64,000 bases of DNA from an uncultured Candidatus Peribacteria bacterium (GCA_964597665.1 CAZQYX010000006.1:1575-65574), one strand, 5' to 3'; shown: positions 38,556 through 47,413, numbered from the stretch's first letter. Notes: generated from the sequence alone by a model not told the origin. Translations and numbers: made by a program.

Positions 38556-39071
38556 ATGCCAACCAACCCACCCGCTGCAGGCTTCGTCGAAAGTGAAGAC
38601 ATGCTCATTACCAAAGAGGGTCTGAAAAAAATTAAGGAAGAGCTCGAGTTTCTCAAAACAACCAAGCGCCTCGAAATCGCGCAGCGCCTGAAGGAAGCGA
38701 TTTCGTACGGAGACCTCAGTGAGAACGCCGAGTACGAGGAAGCCAAGAACGATCAGGCATTCATCGAAGGACGCATTCTGGAACTCGAGAAGCAGATCAA
38801 GAACGCCAAGCTCATTACGGAGAATATCGTCTCCAAGTCGAAGAGCAAGACCATCGACATCGGCTCCGTTGTCACGGTACGAAACAAAACCGATAACGAC
38901 GAACCCGAGACCTACACGATCGTCGGCAGCATGGAAGCAGATCCCATCGAGCATAAGATTTCAAACGAATCCCCAATCGGCAAAGCGCTTCTCATGCGTG
39001 AGAAGGGGGACATCGTCGACGTCGTCGCTCCGGCAGGGAAGTTTAAGTATGAGATCCTGAAAGTAGCGTAA
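38556..39071 (+). CDS. greA: Transcription elongation factor GreA
   Basis: ITKEGLKKIKEELEFLK..., GDLSENAEYEEAKNDQAFIEGRI; start at MPTNPP (38556) or MLITKEG (38601). Confidence 0.9.
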   Translation: MPTNPPAAGFVESEDMLITKEGLKKIKEELEFLKTTKRLEIAQRLKEAISYGDLSENAEYEEAKNDQAFIEGRILELEKQIKNAKLITENIVSKSKSKTIDIGSVVTVRNKTDNDEPETYTIVGSMEADPIEHKISNESPIGKALLMREKGDIVDVVAPAGKFKYEILKVA

Positions 39072-39073
39072 CA

Positions 39074-39144
39074 GAAGTATGTAGTAAGAAGTAAAAAGTA
39101 AGAATAGAATTGTCTTACTACGTACTACTTACTTCGTACTACTT
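39074..39144. repeat. Family C composite hairpin (GTAGTAAGAAG-type arm / CTTCTTACTAC-type arm), copy C1
   Basis: GAAGTATGTAGTAAGAAGTAAAAAGTAAGAA, TAGAATTG, TCTTACTACGTACTACTTACTTCGTACTACTT; begins 3 nt after the greA stop and ends 3 nt before ATG 39148. Confidence 0.85.
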
Positions 39145-39147
39145 TGC

Positions 39148-39549
39148 ATGACCGACCCTTCTCAGCCACAAACATCCGGTTCACAGACGACAGCACTCGT
39201 CATCCCTCCCGAGATACAGGAGAAATTCGGTCCTCTGCTTGAGCTCATTAAAGGCTCGGAGAGCATGAACAATGAGGAGCGTCAGTACTGGATCAATATC
39301 CTCCCTGTCATGAACCCGGAGCAGATTAAGAATCTGGATGACATTCTGTCGAATGAGAAGAAACAACTTGCTGCCATCGACGAGAAGTACAGTAAACAAG
39401 CGGATGAATCGCAGAAAGTGGAAAACAGTAAAGTGCTCGAGGAGAAAATAAAGACGCAGAAGAACAAGCGTGAGGAAATTGAGGGGGAGGAAGCGAAAAA
39501 AGAGGAAGCTCTGGAAGAGGATATTCTGGGGAAGATACAGGCGATGTAG
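39148..39549 (+). CDS. Hypothetical acidic/Lys-rich protein
   Basis: 133 aa; MNNEERQYWINILPVMNPEQIKNLDDIL segment then a charged helical tail; no assigned function. Confidence 0.6.
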   Translation: MTDPSQPQTSGSQTTALVIPPEIQEKFGPLLELIKGSESMNNEERQYWINILPVMNPEQIKNLDDILSNEKKQLAAIDEKYSKQADESQKVENSKVLEEKIKTQKNKREEIEGEEAKKEEALEEDILGKIQAM

Positions 39550-39554
39550 AGGGG

Positions 39555-40532
39555 TTAGGGGTGGGGGCCAGTCATCATGATGACCCGTTCTCCAAGCGCG
39601 ATCACCTCGCCCTGATGATCGGCTGAATAATGATACCCTCCTGATTTCAACTGGATATCGGCCTCCGTCGCAAAGTCGACCAGAGAGCGAAGACGCTCTA
39701 TGTTCATCGAGCGAGCGAGTGGCAGAAGCCCTCGTACCTGCAGAAAGTGCAAACCGAGTGCCGATGCGATCGACCGCTCGTCTCGTAGCCCCCCATCGAC
39801 TGCGGCAACGACGAGCGCAAGGTTCTTGATCATCGACAGAAGAATCGTCCACATGCCGTACGGATCCTCTCCGCGCTCGATCCTGCGTGCGAAGAACAGG
39901 AGCGCCTCGTCTGATTTCTTCGAACCGATCAGATCGGTCAGTTGCCAGATAATCTGCGAGCCTGAAGGTACTGCCAATGACTCGACCTCGCCGATACCGA
40001 TCTCGCCACTGGATGCTGCAGAAAGCTTCGAAATCTCCATCTCCAGCATCCACTGATCAGTGCCAACAATCTTGAGTAACGCCGATTCCGCCTCGCGACT
40101 CATGGTCGTACCGAGAGTACTGGCAGTGGTGGAAATCCACTCCGAAAGCTCCGAAGGAGAAAGGAGTGGAAACTGCTTTCTTTCCGCAACGCGCTCTATT
40201 TCCTTCGTGACTCCGAGCCTCTTATCAGGCTTGGACTCGACGATCACAAGCACGGTCTGAGGATGGATACTGTCAACAATACGCTGCACATCTTCCTTCT
40301 CAATCTTCGGAAGTCCTTCCAGAATCACCAGCCTTTTTTCAGCAATGAACGGGAGAACGGACACTGCATCCAGAAGATCGGATACACTCTTGTCCTTCGC
40401 CTGCATCAGCAGCAGATTCTCCGGACCATGTTTGGAAACAAAGCTCTGCTTCCACCTCAAAACCTCTTTCGCGAGAGCGTAGGTATTCTCGCCGGAAAAC
40501 AGATAGAAATTGGCTTGGTCCATTGAATACAA
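39555..40532 (-). CDS. holA: DNA polymerase III delta subunit
   Basis: 325 aa; N-terminal FYLFSGENTYALAKEV..., helical C-terminal domain; typical holA length and pattern; recognised by eye only. Confidence 0.72.
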   Translation of the reverse strand: MYSMDQANFYLFSGENTYALAKEVLRWKQSFVSKHGPENLLLMQAKDKSVSDLLDAVSVLPFIAEKRLVILEGLPKIEKEDVQRIVDSIHPQTVLVIVESKPDKRLGVTKEIERVAERKQFPLLSPSELSEWISTTASTLGTTMSREAESALLKIVGTDQWMLEMEISKLSAASSGEIGIGEVESLAVPSGSQIIWQLTDLIGSKKSDEALLFFARRIERGEDPYGMWTILLSMIKNLALVVAAVDGGLRDERSIASALGLHFLQVRGLLPLARSMNIERLRSLVDFATEADIQLKSGGYHYSADHQGEVIALGERVIMMTGPHP

Positions 40533-40546
40533 CCGGGAGAAACCAC

Positions 40547-40590
40547 TGTACCTTCCAAACCTACCACACCTACCAAACCTACCGTACCTT
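40547..40590. repeat. Family A half-site (ACCTACC-type arm only, no partner arm)
   Basis: TGTACCTTCCAAACCTACCACACCTACCAAACCTACCGTACCTT in the divergent spacer between holA and the dockerin gene. Confidence 0.75.
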
Positions 40591-40675
40591 TCCTATATAC
40601 CGCACATCATATCTTCTATTTTCGTCAATTCCTCTGGATGGAGAAAAACACCGTTTTCATCTATAATAATAGGAA

Positions 40676-41008
40676 ATGAAGCATTCATATTCGTTCTTCG
40701 GCAAGAAGTCCCTGAAGACCATTGCGATCGTCACGAGCAGCATGACCGTCGCTTTTATTCTTGGAATCCAAACGGCAGGAGATGTACGACCGATCGTCGG
40801 AGAAATACGAGCGGGAGGAACCGTACTGCTTGGAGATTTAAACGGAAACAGCAGCATCGATATGGACGATGCCTTGCAGGCACTGGATATCGTGAAAGGT
40901 ATCAGGAGCCCAACTCCACAGGAACTTGCCGCAGATCCGGATCAGAATTTTGTCATCACCGTCGAAGACATCCTCGCCATCCTCGACTCCATGAAGAAGC
41001 AGTCATAA
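40676..41008 (+). CDS. Small secreted protein consisting essentially of a dockerin-like module
   Basis: 110 aa; N-terminal TM/signal; duplicated Ca-loop/helix segments DLNGNSSIDMDDALQALDIV and DPDQNFVITVEDILAILD (D-x-[ND]-x-[ND]-x-x-I-x-x-x-D). Confidence 0.62.
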   Translation: MKHSYSFFGKKSLKTIAIVTSSMTVAFILGIQTAGDVRPIVGEIRAGGTVLLGDLNGNSSIDMDDALQALDIVKGIRSPTPQELAADPDQNFVITVEDILAILDSMKKQS

Positions 41009-41042
41009 TCAATAGGAACAATCATACCAATATCACTGTCCC

Positions 41043-42335
41043 ATGCTTTCCATTCGACGCTCCATAGTGCTCTCGCTCATGGGATTCCAGCTCCTCTCCT
41101 TTTCGATGACTGGATTCGCACAGGAGGCAGATCCTATCAGTCTCGCACTGGAACCGCACTGTAGTAGCGAAGACCAAACCGAGTGCCCCGCTTTCGAAGT
41201 TCTTGATGCACAGCATCTGGCAACGGGAAGCATGCGTGCAGGCGATATTCTGGATATCGACATCGTCCTTCTTCATGGCAAAGGCAAAGGAATTACAACC
41301 GTCCGCAGTTGGCTCTCCTACGATCCGGAAAGCCTGGACGTCCGAAACGTCAGCCTCAGTCCAGTTCTCGCGGAGCCTATTCCGGGAGAACAATCCGCCG
41401 ATCCAACGCAGAAAATCGTGAAAATCGGAGGAGATACCGGAGAAATCCGAAGTGACCATGAAGTGATTGCCCGTATCACATTCCAAGTGAAGGCTTCTGC
41501 AGAGAATACGATTATTTCCTTCAGTAACTACAGAGACGACGGAATGGGGCAGACAGCAGTGCGTGGAGAATCCCGCCTCAATGACAAAAAGGGTGGGCTG
41601 CCCCCTCCCCCCTGTCTCGATGAGCTTATCTGCAGGAGAGAGATCGTATCGCTTCTTTCAGTCGAACCGAGCGCTCTGGCAGTACTCGTAGAACCGACAA
41701 CGCAGTCAGTCCCTGATCCTCTCGTTGCATCGGCACAAACCATTGAACAGGTTGAACCGATTGTCATTCCCCTTCTCGGAAGTACGGATCCTGCGCCATC
41801 ACAGCCTGAAGCAATCCCCGGAAACAGTCCGTCTTCCTTCTCACTGCTGCAGGTCCAGAACCTGCGCGTCACATCCAGAGACAGCAGCATTTTCCTCGGA
41901 TGGCAGCCCCTGAAAAGCAGTGCACTCGCCGGATACAACGTCTACTACGGCACCGTCAGCGGCAAGTACATCCAACGCCGTTCCATTCCCGCAACTGCTT
42001 CCAGCCTCGTGATTCGCGATCTGGAACCGGGAACAACATACTTCATCGCAGTGCGCGGCTATAATGCCGAGAATCAGGAGTCCGTGTTCAGTCAGGAAGT
42101 GTCTGTCACCGTCGGCGATCCTGAAAGCTCCACAGCTCCGCTGATTGCGGAACTCACGGAAACCCAGCCAGCCCCCGAGAATCTCATCGAAAATCGCGGA
42201 GGAAAGGCGATCAACGGAGACACGGGTGTCAGCAATGTCGTGATGATGCTGTTCCTCGGATCTGCATTCATCGGCACTGCGTTTGCCGTCCATAAACAAA
42301 CGACTCTCATTCACTCGATTGCTCATGTCGGATAA
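41043..42335 (+). CDS. Surface protein: cohesin-like domain, linker, fibronectin type III domain, C-terminal hydrophobic anchor
   Basis: Signal peptide; AGDILDIDIVLL...VRSWLSYDPESLDVRNVSL...EVIARITFQVKASAENTIISF resembles a cohesin fold; FN3 NLRVTSRDSSIFLGWQP...GYNVYYG...LEPGTTYFIAVRGYN; C-terminal NGDTG plus TM plus HK. Confidence 0.62.
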   Translation: MLSIRRSIVLSLMGFQLLSFSMTGFAQEADPISLALEPHCSSEDQTECPAFEVLDAQHLATGSMRAGDILDIDIVLLHGKGKGITTVRSWLSYDPESLDVRNVSLSPVLAEPIPGEQSADPTQKIVKIGGDTGEIRSDHEVIARITFQVKASAENTIISFSNYRDDGMGQTAVRGESRLNDKKGGLPPPPCLDELICRREIVSLLSVEPSALAVLVEPTTQSVPDPLVASAQTIEQVEPIVIPLLGSTDPAPSQPEAIPGNSPSSFSLLQVQNLRVTSRDSSIFLGWQPLKSSALAGYNVYYGTVSGKYIQRRSIPATASSLVIRDLEPGTTYFIAVRGYNAENQESVFSQEVSVTVGDPESSTAPLIAELTETQPAPENLIENRGGKAINGDTGVSNVVMMLFLGSAFIGTAFAVHKQTTLIHSIAHVG

Positions 42336-43407
42336 TTCCGTCTCCGCCGGCTGGACGAATACCGACGACGACGCGGCTCCCGTACGCGTGTCATCCCCTG
42401 AGAAACTTCCGAATCAGGAAAAAGCCGAACCGGTCGCTGTCGCGGCTACAGAGCAGGCAGCACCGCAGATCCATCAAAAGAGACCGGAAGCCTCTGTTGC
42501 ACCCAATCCGGGAGCAATGCGCTGGTCAGCCTTCACAGGCATCGCAGTCGTCGTTGTACTCGGAACGCTCTATCTTGGTATTGATAACCTCAGAGGAAGC
42601 CTTACGGAAGGCAGTGGAAGCTCTGTGACCGTGACCATTACCGAAGACAACCATTTCTCCCCAACGGAAGTAAGGGTCACCGCTGGAGGAACACTGACAT
42701 TTGAAAACAAGAACAAGGATCCGCAGGTCATCAAAGTAAAAGAAGGAAATGAACTCTTTCCTACCCAGGTACTCTTCGAGAAACCTTATGTCTTTGTGGT
42801 ACCGACGGACACTCAGGGAATCTTCACCTACGTTTCCGAAACACTTCCCGATGGCGAACAAGTGATGATCACCGTCACGCCTGCCATAGAGGCCGCTGCA
42901 GCTTTGGAAGGTACGCAAGAAACTTCTTCGCTGCCTCCAATCGATACTTCATCGTTGCCTCCGATCGAAGACATGAACGATTTCCCTCTTCCGTTTGGCG
43001 GAGCAGTGGAAGTAGAACCGCAGTCCGCTCCGGAAACGCCGGTCATCGAGACGAGTGTCGAAGTTGCGCCACAGGAACCTCCGAGGATAGAAGAGAGACA
43101 TGCAGCTACTGTCCATGACAGTAATCCTGAAGACATCAGTGTCGGTTCAGAAGGGTCTAGTGAGGCGGCAACATTCGACTCGGGTGCAATACCAACAAAT
43201 CCCTTTACCGTTGGAACGGCAAAGGATCGGGGAAATAGAGGTTCAGAGATCGCACGTGCTGAAAAAAACCTCCATCAAGGCGCACCGCTTCTGCAAATGC
43301 GCAGTCGTCCGAGAGCAAATACAGAAACCGGAAATGAACTATGGCTTGCTCTCATTCCTACTCTGGTACTGATGACTCTCGCGTATCGAAGGATGGTTGC
43401 AGCGTAA
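42325..43407 (+). CDS. Hypothetical surface protein with N-terminal TM, possible cupredoxin-like beta domain lacking Cu ligands, and C-terminal anchor
   Basis: Start MSDNSVSAG overlaps the upstream stop by 11 nt; VTVTITEDNHFSPTEVRVTAGGTLTFENKNKD... resembles a cupredoxin-fold N-terminus; C-terminal NTETG plus TM plus RR. Confidence 0.5.
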   Translation: MSDNSVSAGWTNTDDDAAPVRVSSPEKLPNQEKAEPVAVAATEQAAPQIHQKRPEASVAPNPGAMRWSAFTGIAVVVVLGTLYLGIDNLRGSLTEGSGSSVTVTITEDNHFSPTEVRVTAGGTLTFENKNKDPQVIKVKEGNELFPTQVLFEKPYVFVVPTDTQGIFTYVSETLPDGEQVMITVTPAIEAAAALEGTQETSSLPPIDTSSLPPIEDMNDFPLPFGGAVEVEPQSAPETPVIETSVEVAPQEPPRIEERHAATVHDSNPEDISVGSEGSSEAATFDSGAIPTNPFTVGTAKDRGNRGSEIARAEKNLHQGAPLLQMRSRPRANTETGNELWLALIPTLVLMTLAYRRMVAA

Positions 43408-43450
43408 AGAGAAGAATGCACGATGTACTGGTCGGGACTGTATAAGTTCT

Positions 43451-44164
43451 TCACTTCGTTCCTACGATGATCAGCCGCTTCGATTTTTCATCAGCTTTCA
43501 CGCTGTGGAAGCCCGCTTTGCGGAACATCTGAGATAGGTCTTTAATGCTGTAGAGATGATGCGAAAGTTGAAACTCGTGCACTCTGCCTTTCTCAATAAC
43601 AATCCATCTATTCTGCATCCAACGAAAGTTTTTTTTCGGAGAGCGTTCTTCCAGAAAAAACGAACCGTCTCTCTCTTCCCATCCCTTCGGCGACAAGATT
43701 TTCTTCAAATTTTCCCGAGACATGAGTTCCATCAGCAATTTCCCTCCAGGCTTCAGAGAAGTATAGATATTTGAGAGCACCTGCTGGTTCTGTTTCTGAT
43801 TTTTGAAGTATCCAAACGAAGTGAAGATGCTTAAGACGACATTGAACGATTCGGGTTTTCGAAATGAACTCATGTCGCCGAGGATGAACTTGCACGAGAG
43901 TTTTTCCTTTCGAGCTCGTTTCTTTGCCTCTCGCAAAGCGTGAGGCATATGATCGACACCGACAATGGTATAGCCGCGACGGGCAAGTTCGAGACTCACT
44001 CTTCCTGGACCACAGCAAAGGTCGAGCACCTTCATACCCTTTTTCATCTTGAGCAACTTGATGAAGCGTGAGACTTGCTTCGGCGTCCGTTTCCAGCGTT
44101 CCTCGCTGAACATGAACGGGGCTGTTTTCTTCCAAAATTGTGTATCGTCATACCAGGGACGCAT
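43451..44164 (-). CDS. Class I SAM-dependent methyltransferase
   Basis: VLDLCCGPGRVSLELARRGYTIVGVD motif I/II; 237 aa. Confidence 0.85.
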   Translation of the reverse strand: MRPWYDDTQFWKKTAPFMFSEERWKRTPKQVSRFIKLLKMKKGMKVLDLCCGPGRVSLELARRGYTIVGVDHMPHALREAKKRARKEKLSCKFILGDMSSFRKPESFNVVLSIFTSFGYFKNQKQNQQVLSNIYTSLKPGGKLLMELMSRENLKKILSPKGWEERDGSFFLEERSPKKNFRWMQNRWIVIEKGRVHEFQLSHHLYSIKDLSQMFRKAGFHSVKADEKSKRLIIVGTK

Positions 44165-44180
44165 AAGTGATGAAAAGTAC

Positions 44181-44266
44181 TGGTGGGCCGGGCTGGATTC
44201 GAACCAGCGAAGGCATAAGCCGTCAGATTTACAGTCTGATGCGTTTGTCCACTTCGCTACCGACCC
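44181..44266 (-). tRNA. tRNA-Tyr (anticodon GTA), long variable arm, CCA encoded
   Basis: Reverse complement GGGTCGG TAGCGAAGTGGACAAACGC ... TCAGA CTGTAAA TCTGA + variable arm + GCTGGTTCGAATCCAGC CCGGCCC A CCA. Confidence 0.9.
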
Positions 44267-44523
44267 ACATGCAAGAAGAGAAAGAACGTATTTCGCTGCG
44301 TGAGTGTATGTGAAGCAATCAGATTATTCAATTTATACAAAACCTTTGTATAGCATTAAGGCTCAGACGAATCTGAGCCTTATATGGTTGGCCAATACAA
44401 GATTGGTTACTTCCTACTTTACCACTGCAAACTCTTACTGTCAATTCGGTACAGAATGCTTGCTTGTGCTCGCAGGGGGTCTTCTCTAGAATTCGGTCCA
44501 TCTACTTCTTCCCCTTTTATCCA

Positions 44524-44688
44524 ATGATCGTTCAATCACACGTCAAGGAAACTCTTTCGAAGATGGGTCTTCGCTGCGGCGGCGACTTCTGCGACGCTCT
44601 CGCCAAGTCTTGCGAGGATCTCGTCAAGAAGGCTGCATGGCGCTGCAAAGAGAACAAGCGTCAGACGGTTTACGGATGTGACTGCTAA
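44524..44688 (+). CDS. Hypothetical 54-aa Cys-containing protein (possibly histone-fold/DUF1931-like; uncertain)
   Basis: MIVQSHVKETLSKMGLRCGGDFCDALAKSCEDLVKKAAWRCKENKRQTVYGCDC; own canonical terminator downstream; sits in an AT-rich 250-nt spacer. Confidence 0.45.
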   Translation: MIVQSHVKETLSKMGLRCGGDFCDALAKSCEDLVKKAAWRCKENKRQTVYGCDC

Positions 44689-44702
44689 TCTGAGAGATTT
44701 AC

Positions 44703-44740
44703 AAAAGGTCATCTCTGTCGAAAGACAGGATGGCCTTTTT
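44703..44740 (+). terminator. Rho-independent terminator
   Basis: AAAAGGTCATCTCTGTC GAAA GACAGGATGGCC TTTTT. Confidence 0.65.
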
Positions 44741-44747
44741 AAGTGTC

Positions 44748-44845
44748 GTAGGTTGGGTAGGTTCGGTAGGTGAAAATGCGATCAATCCCAGATTCAGTTC
44801 ATTTTACCTACCAAACATACCAAACCTTCCAAACCTACCCTACCT
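44748..44845. repeat. Family A composite hairpin, copy A5
   Basis: GTAGGTTGGGTAGGTTCGGTAGGTGAAAATG ... CATTTTACCTACCAAACATACCAAACCTTCCAAACCTACCCTACC; central 14 bp perfect (GGTAGGTGAAAATG/CATTTTCACCTACC-type pairing); ends 1 nt before the permease stop. Confidence 0.82.
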
Positions 44846-44846
44846 C

Positions 44847-46061
44847 TTACTCGTACCGTAACGCTTCCATCGGACTGAGTGCCGCTGCTCTCCTCGCAGG
44901 ATAGATCCCGAAGACGAGGCCCGTACCGATTGCCATCAGGAGTGCCATGAAGATAGCCGAGAACGAAAGCACGAAATGAAACTCACCGAGGAATCTTGCA
45001 GCGATGCTACTCAGGAGCCATCCGAAAAAGATGCCGATCACCGTTCCGATCGCACCCCCTGTGAGTGTGAGGGCGACCGCTTCAAGGAGGAATTGAAGAA
45101 GAATATCTCCTCGCTTTGCTCCAACAGCTTTCCGAAGACCAATCTCCTTCGTGCGCTGCGTGACGGAGACCAGCATGATATTCATAATGCCGATGCCGCC
45201 GACGAGGAGAGAAATTGCCGCAACAAGTGAGAGGAAGATCGTAAGGCCAAGAGTCACGGAATTTACGATTTGCGTGACCTGCTCGGCACTCCGTGCAATG
45301 AAGTCATCTTTATCAGGATCTCCTGAAGGATTCTTAATGCGATGACGCTGACGAAGGAGCTCCGTAATATCCTGTTTACTGAGATCGGTATCTCCGACTG
45401 CTTTCAGTGTTATGTAGCTTAGGTGCTTCTGACCACTGATCGCCTTGGAAACGGAGTACGGAATGAAGACAGGCTTATCCAGATCCTGCAGCAGAAATGA
45501 TCCGAGACTCTTTAGAACTCCGACAACGGTGAACGTAAACTCTCCAATCGTGATCTTCTTGCCGACCGGATCTCTGTTCCCAAAGAGCTCCTCCGCAGTC
45601 TTCGAACCAAGCACAGCCACAAATTTCGCTCCATCATTATCGTAATCATCGAGAAGTCGTCCATGATCCAGAGTGAGGCCGTAGTTCCCGAAGATCTCTT
45701 CATAAGAACCCATGACCATGGGGGACACCTCCTCTCTCCCAAAGCCGACAGGCTGTGATACAAGGATAACAGGCACAACGCGGCTCACGGTCGACAACTG
45801 CTCGATCGCAGTGAAATCCTCGAAGGTAAGACTGTCGAGATTGCCGCCAAATTTTTCGAATCCTTTCGGAAAAATATCGATCGTATTGGTCCCAAACGAC
45901 TCTACCTGCGAGAGAATGTACTGCTGGAAGCTGTTGCCGAGAGACACCATCAGCACGACGGATGCGACGCCGATAATGACGCCGAGCATGGTGAGCATCG
46001 TGCGGTTTTTATTGACCGTGATGCCCCTGATAGAGATGCCAAGGGTGTCGGAGAAAAGCAT
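44847..46061 (-). CDS. ABC transporter permease, MacB/FtsX family (second paralog)
   Basis: MacB_PCD-type periplasmic domain plus FtsX TM region GIMNIMLVSVTQRTKEIGLRKAVGAKRGDILLQFLLEA; start trimmed to MLFSDTLG (46061), since the longer ORF translates hairpin A6. Confidence 0.87.
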   Translation of the reverse strand: MLFSDTLGISIRGITVNKNRTMLTMLGVIIGVASVVLMVSLGNSFQQYILSQVESFGTNTIDIFPKGFEKFGGNLDSLTFEDFTAIEQLSTVSRVVPVILVSQPVGFGREEVSPMVMGSYEEIFGNYGLTLDHGRLLDDYDNDGAKFVAVLGSKTAEELFGNRDPVGKKITIGEFTFTVVGVLKSLGSFLLQDLDKPVFIPYSVSKAISGQKHLSYITLKAVGDTDLSKQDITELLRQRHRIKNPSGDPDKDDFIARSAEQVTQIVNSVTLGLTIFLSLVAAISLLVGGIGIMNIMLVSVTQRTKEIGLRKAVGAKRGDILLQFLLEAVALTLTGGAIGTVIGIFFGWLLSSIAARFLGEFHFVLSFSAIFMALLMAIGTGLVFGIYPARRAAALSPMEALRYE

Positions 46062-46063
46062 GA

Positions 46064-46184
46064 GAGGTATGGAAGGTTTGGTAGGTTGGGTAGGAGGTGT
46101 CGAAATGATGATTACTTGGTGCAGTATACGTTTCTTGTCCATACCTCCCCTACATACCAAACGTACCAAACCTACCCAACCTTC
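46064..46184. repeat. Family A composite hairpin with about 40-nt loop, copy A6, between the two permease cistrons
   Basis: GAGGTATGGAAGGTTTGGTAGGTTGGGTAGGAGGTGT ... ATACCTCCCCTACATACCAAACGTACCAAACCTACCCAACCTTC. Confidence 0.8.
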
Positions 46185-47409
46185 ACTCATAGCGAAGTGC
46201 TTCGATCGGATGCAGTGATGCAGCATGCTTTGCGGGGGAGATCCCGAAGAGAATGCCCGTCATCGCCGCCATGAAGAATGCGGCAAGAATGGATTGGAGT
46301 GAGACCGCAAAGACATAGGTCGCAAGGAAGTACTTCGCGATGCCCGCGATGATGAACGCAATGAAGATTCCCCCGATGACTCCGATCACACCCCCGATGA
46401 GCGTGAGGAGAACCGATTCCAGAAGGAACTGAAGCAGGATATCTCTGAAGCGTGCTCCAATGGCTTTACGAAGACCAATCTCACCGATGCGTTCCGTAAC
46501 GGAGACCAGCATGATATTCATGATGCCGATGCCGCCGACGAGCAGAGAAATGGCTGCAATCGTCGTAATGAAGAGTGTCAATCCGAGGGAAACCGAACCA
46601 AGGATTTCCCCCGCCTGCGCAGACGACCTGACGATGAAGTCATCTTTCTTCGGATCGTCATCCGGGTTCTCGATACGATGACGACGGCGCAGAAGCGTCT
46701 TGATGTCATCGAAGGCAAGATCGAAACTTCCCGTTGCTTGCATCGTGGCATAGTTTAAGTACTTCTGGCCCGTAACATTGCGTGCGATCGTAAAGGGTAC
46801 ATAGATTCTGTCGTCTGCATTCTGGAAGAACTGTGAGCCAAGGGCATTCGTCGTGCCGATCACCGTGTAGTGACGGTCACCGATCTTTATTCTCTGTCCC
46901 AGAGGATCATTGGATCCGAAGAATTTCTGCACCGCATCCGGGGCCAGCACTGCAACCGCTTTCGCTCCGTCGATGTCGTCGCTCTGCAGTAATCGTCCGG
47001 TGCGTACGGAAATATTCTGATTGGTGAAGAAATTCTGCCTCACGCCGAATACCTGCGGACTCCCCTCCTCCCGACCGTAGGATACTGTTCCTGTCATGAA
47101 GATCACCGGAGAAATTCCAGTGACTGTCTTCAGTTGCTCGAGCTCACGAAGATCCTCGAAGGTGAAACTGTCATGGCCCGTGGTCACTGCATTCGCTCCA
47201 CCACCCTCCTGACCGGGAAAAATTACCATGCTTTTGGGCCCGAGCGAACTGATCTGCCCGAGGATCACGCCCTGCATACTCTGGCCAACCGAACTCATCA
47301 GCACGACGGAGCCGACTCCGATGGTAATGCCGAGCATCGTGAGCATGGAGCGACCGGCATTCACGGTGACGCCTCTGAGTGCCGAGCGGAAAGTGTCCTT
47401 GAACAACAT
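46183..47409 (-). CDS. ABC transporter permease, MacB/FtsX family (first paralog)
   Basis: 408 aa; GIMNIMLVSVTERIGEIGLRKAIGARFRDILLQFLLES; same architecture as the downstream paralog. Confidence 0.88.
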   Translation of the reverse strand: MLFKDTFRSALRGVTVNAGRSMLTMLGITIGVGSVVLMSSVGQSMQGVILGQISSLGPKSMVIFPGQEGGGANAVTTGHDSFTFEDLRELEQLKTVTGISPVIFMTGTVSYGREEGSPQVFGVRQNFFTNQNISVRTGRLLQSDDIDGAKAVAVLAPDAVQKFFGSNDPLGQRIKIGDRHYTVIGTTNALGSQFFQNADDRIYVPFTIARNVTGQKYLNYATMQATGSFDLAFDDIKTLLRRRHRIENPDDDPKKDDFIVRSSAQAGEILGSVSLGLTLFITTIAAISLLVGGIGIMNIMLVSVTERIGEIGLRKAIGARFRDILLQFLLESVLLTLIGGVIGVIGGIFIAFIIAGIAKYFLATYVFAVSLQSILAAFFMAAMTGILFGISPAKHAASLHPIEALRYE

Positions 47410-47413
47410 GATG

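Noticed and set aside
44358-44381. Perfect hairpin AAGGCTCAGA-CGAA-TCTGAGCCTT as a terminator
   Set aside because: There is no T-run on either strand and it is not adjacent to a gene end. It may be regulatory, but I cannot support a call.
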